NCBI GenBank assembly: GCA_008369845.1
Contig: MRSU01006864.1
Location: 58,412 to 78,411 of the forward strand
Reading direction: 5' to 3'
DNA: 20,000 nucleotides
Origin: Trichomonas gallinae
Taxonomy: Eukaryota
Under the pieces are notes generated by a model. That model ran no database searches. It was not told the origin of the DNA and worked only from the letters and a program-made list of their open reading frames with translations. Of this stretch, positions 19,237 to 20,000 are shown one piece after another; the first letter of the stretch is position 1; the number at the start of each line of letters is the position of its first letter. A program made the translations under genes and the position numbers.

Positions 19237-19404
19237 TTTTTTGTAAACTAGAATCCCCCTACAAAAACTATACTCCCCCTTAATATTTTTAAAATCAATT
19301 TTAAGGCTTTTCATATATAGTATCATATTATATTGGAGCATTTAAATCAATTTATAACGAAAAATATGATTATTATCGATAAAAAATATGTTTTCAATTT
19401 TCAA

Positions 19405-19775
19405 ATAAAGAAGTAGATTTATTCACATTATTATAATTTATATAAAGAATACTTGTGTTGATAAATGAAATAATAAAATGTATATTACCTATTATTTTTT
19501 TTCAATATTCAATATTGGAATAATAAAGTAGATTTTTTGGTATTTTTATTGCTTATATAAAGAATAGTTGTGCTGATAAATAAAATAAACAAAAGTGAAA
19601 AGCTATATTACCTATAATTTTTTTCCATATTCAATATACGAAAAATCAAGTTGATTCATTTATATTTTTATAGCTTGTACAAAGAATAATAATGTTGCTA
19701 AATGATATAATAAAAAGTTAAAAGCTATTTTACCTATAATTTTTTCAACATTCAATATTAAAATAATTAAATTGC
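19405..19775. repeat. Degenerate tandem repeat, about 3 copies of a 115-122 bp unit
   Basis: The anchor AAAGAATA occurs at 19444, 19559 and 19681. Each copy is followed by ..TG(A/C)TAAAT..TAT(A/T)TTACCTAT..TTTTTC(A/C)A(T/C)ATTCAATAT. Confidence 0.85.
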
Positions 19776-20000
19776 TTTATCAAAACTTTCTATTGAGATG
19801 CATTAAAATGAGTGTTTTAATTGTTCCAAACTGGATTTTGAAATTGGAAATTAATAAAACTAGTTTTAGGCACGTTTTTATAGAATTATATGTAAATTTA
19901 GTTTACATGTCATAATTTTGTCATTTAAAAAATTAATCATATTTAATTTAATATTCATTCTCTGTAATATATGAAAGCTGTTTCTTTTCTGCCAAATTTA

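Noticed and set aside
19405..19775. CRISPR-like interpretation of the repeats here or at 960-1210
   Set aside because: The units are degenerate along their whole length, with no identical repeats separated by unique spacers, no cas genes, and a eukaryotic context.
1..20000. A functional gene cluster or novel multi-gene system (kinase, MO25, Myb, ORC4, importin)
   Set aside because: The genes are unrelated housekeeping or expanded-family members in mixed orientation. Adjacency alone is no evidence of a shared pathway in a eukaryote.

Overview
AT-rich eukaryotic genomic DNA with compact, apparently intronless genes. TCA(Y)(W) initiator-like motifs sit just upstream of several start codons, and several TAA stops overlap TAAA. 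Together with the gene families present, this suggests a parabasalid such as Trichomonas vaginalis (inference, not verified). Supported genes: the 3' part of a divergent mRNA-capping guanylyltransferase-like protein, a 349-aa unknown protein, a CAMK-group kinase, a small membrane protein, an importin-beta/HEAT protein, a Cys/Ser/Asn-rich beta-helix-like protein, a UBX-like protein, an R2R3 Myb factor, a MO25/CAB39-like protein and an ORC4-like AAA+ protein. The intergenic DNA holds decayed gene remnants: an ankyrin pseudogene and a heavily deleted copy of the neighbouring importin gene with an expanded poly(T) tract. It also holds two tandem-repeat zones, two perfect palindromes and a candidate structured RNA. 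I found no CRISPR array, rRNA, tRNA or intact mobile element, and no convincing novel multi-gene system. The most interesting signals are the apparently inactive capping-enzyme paralog, the collapsed importin remnant and the Walker B substitution in ORC4.
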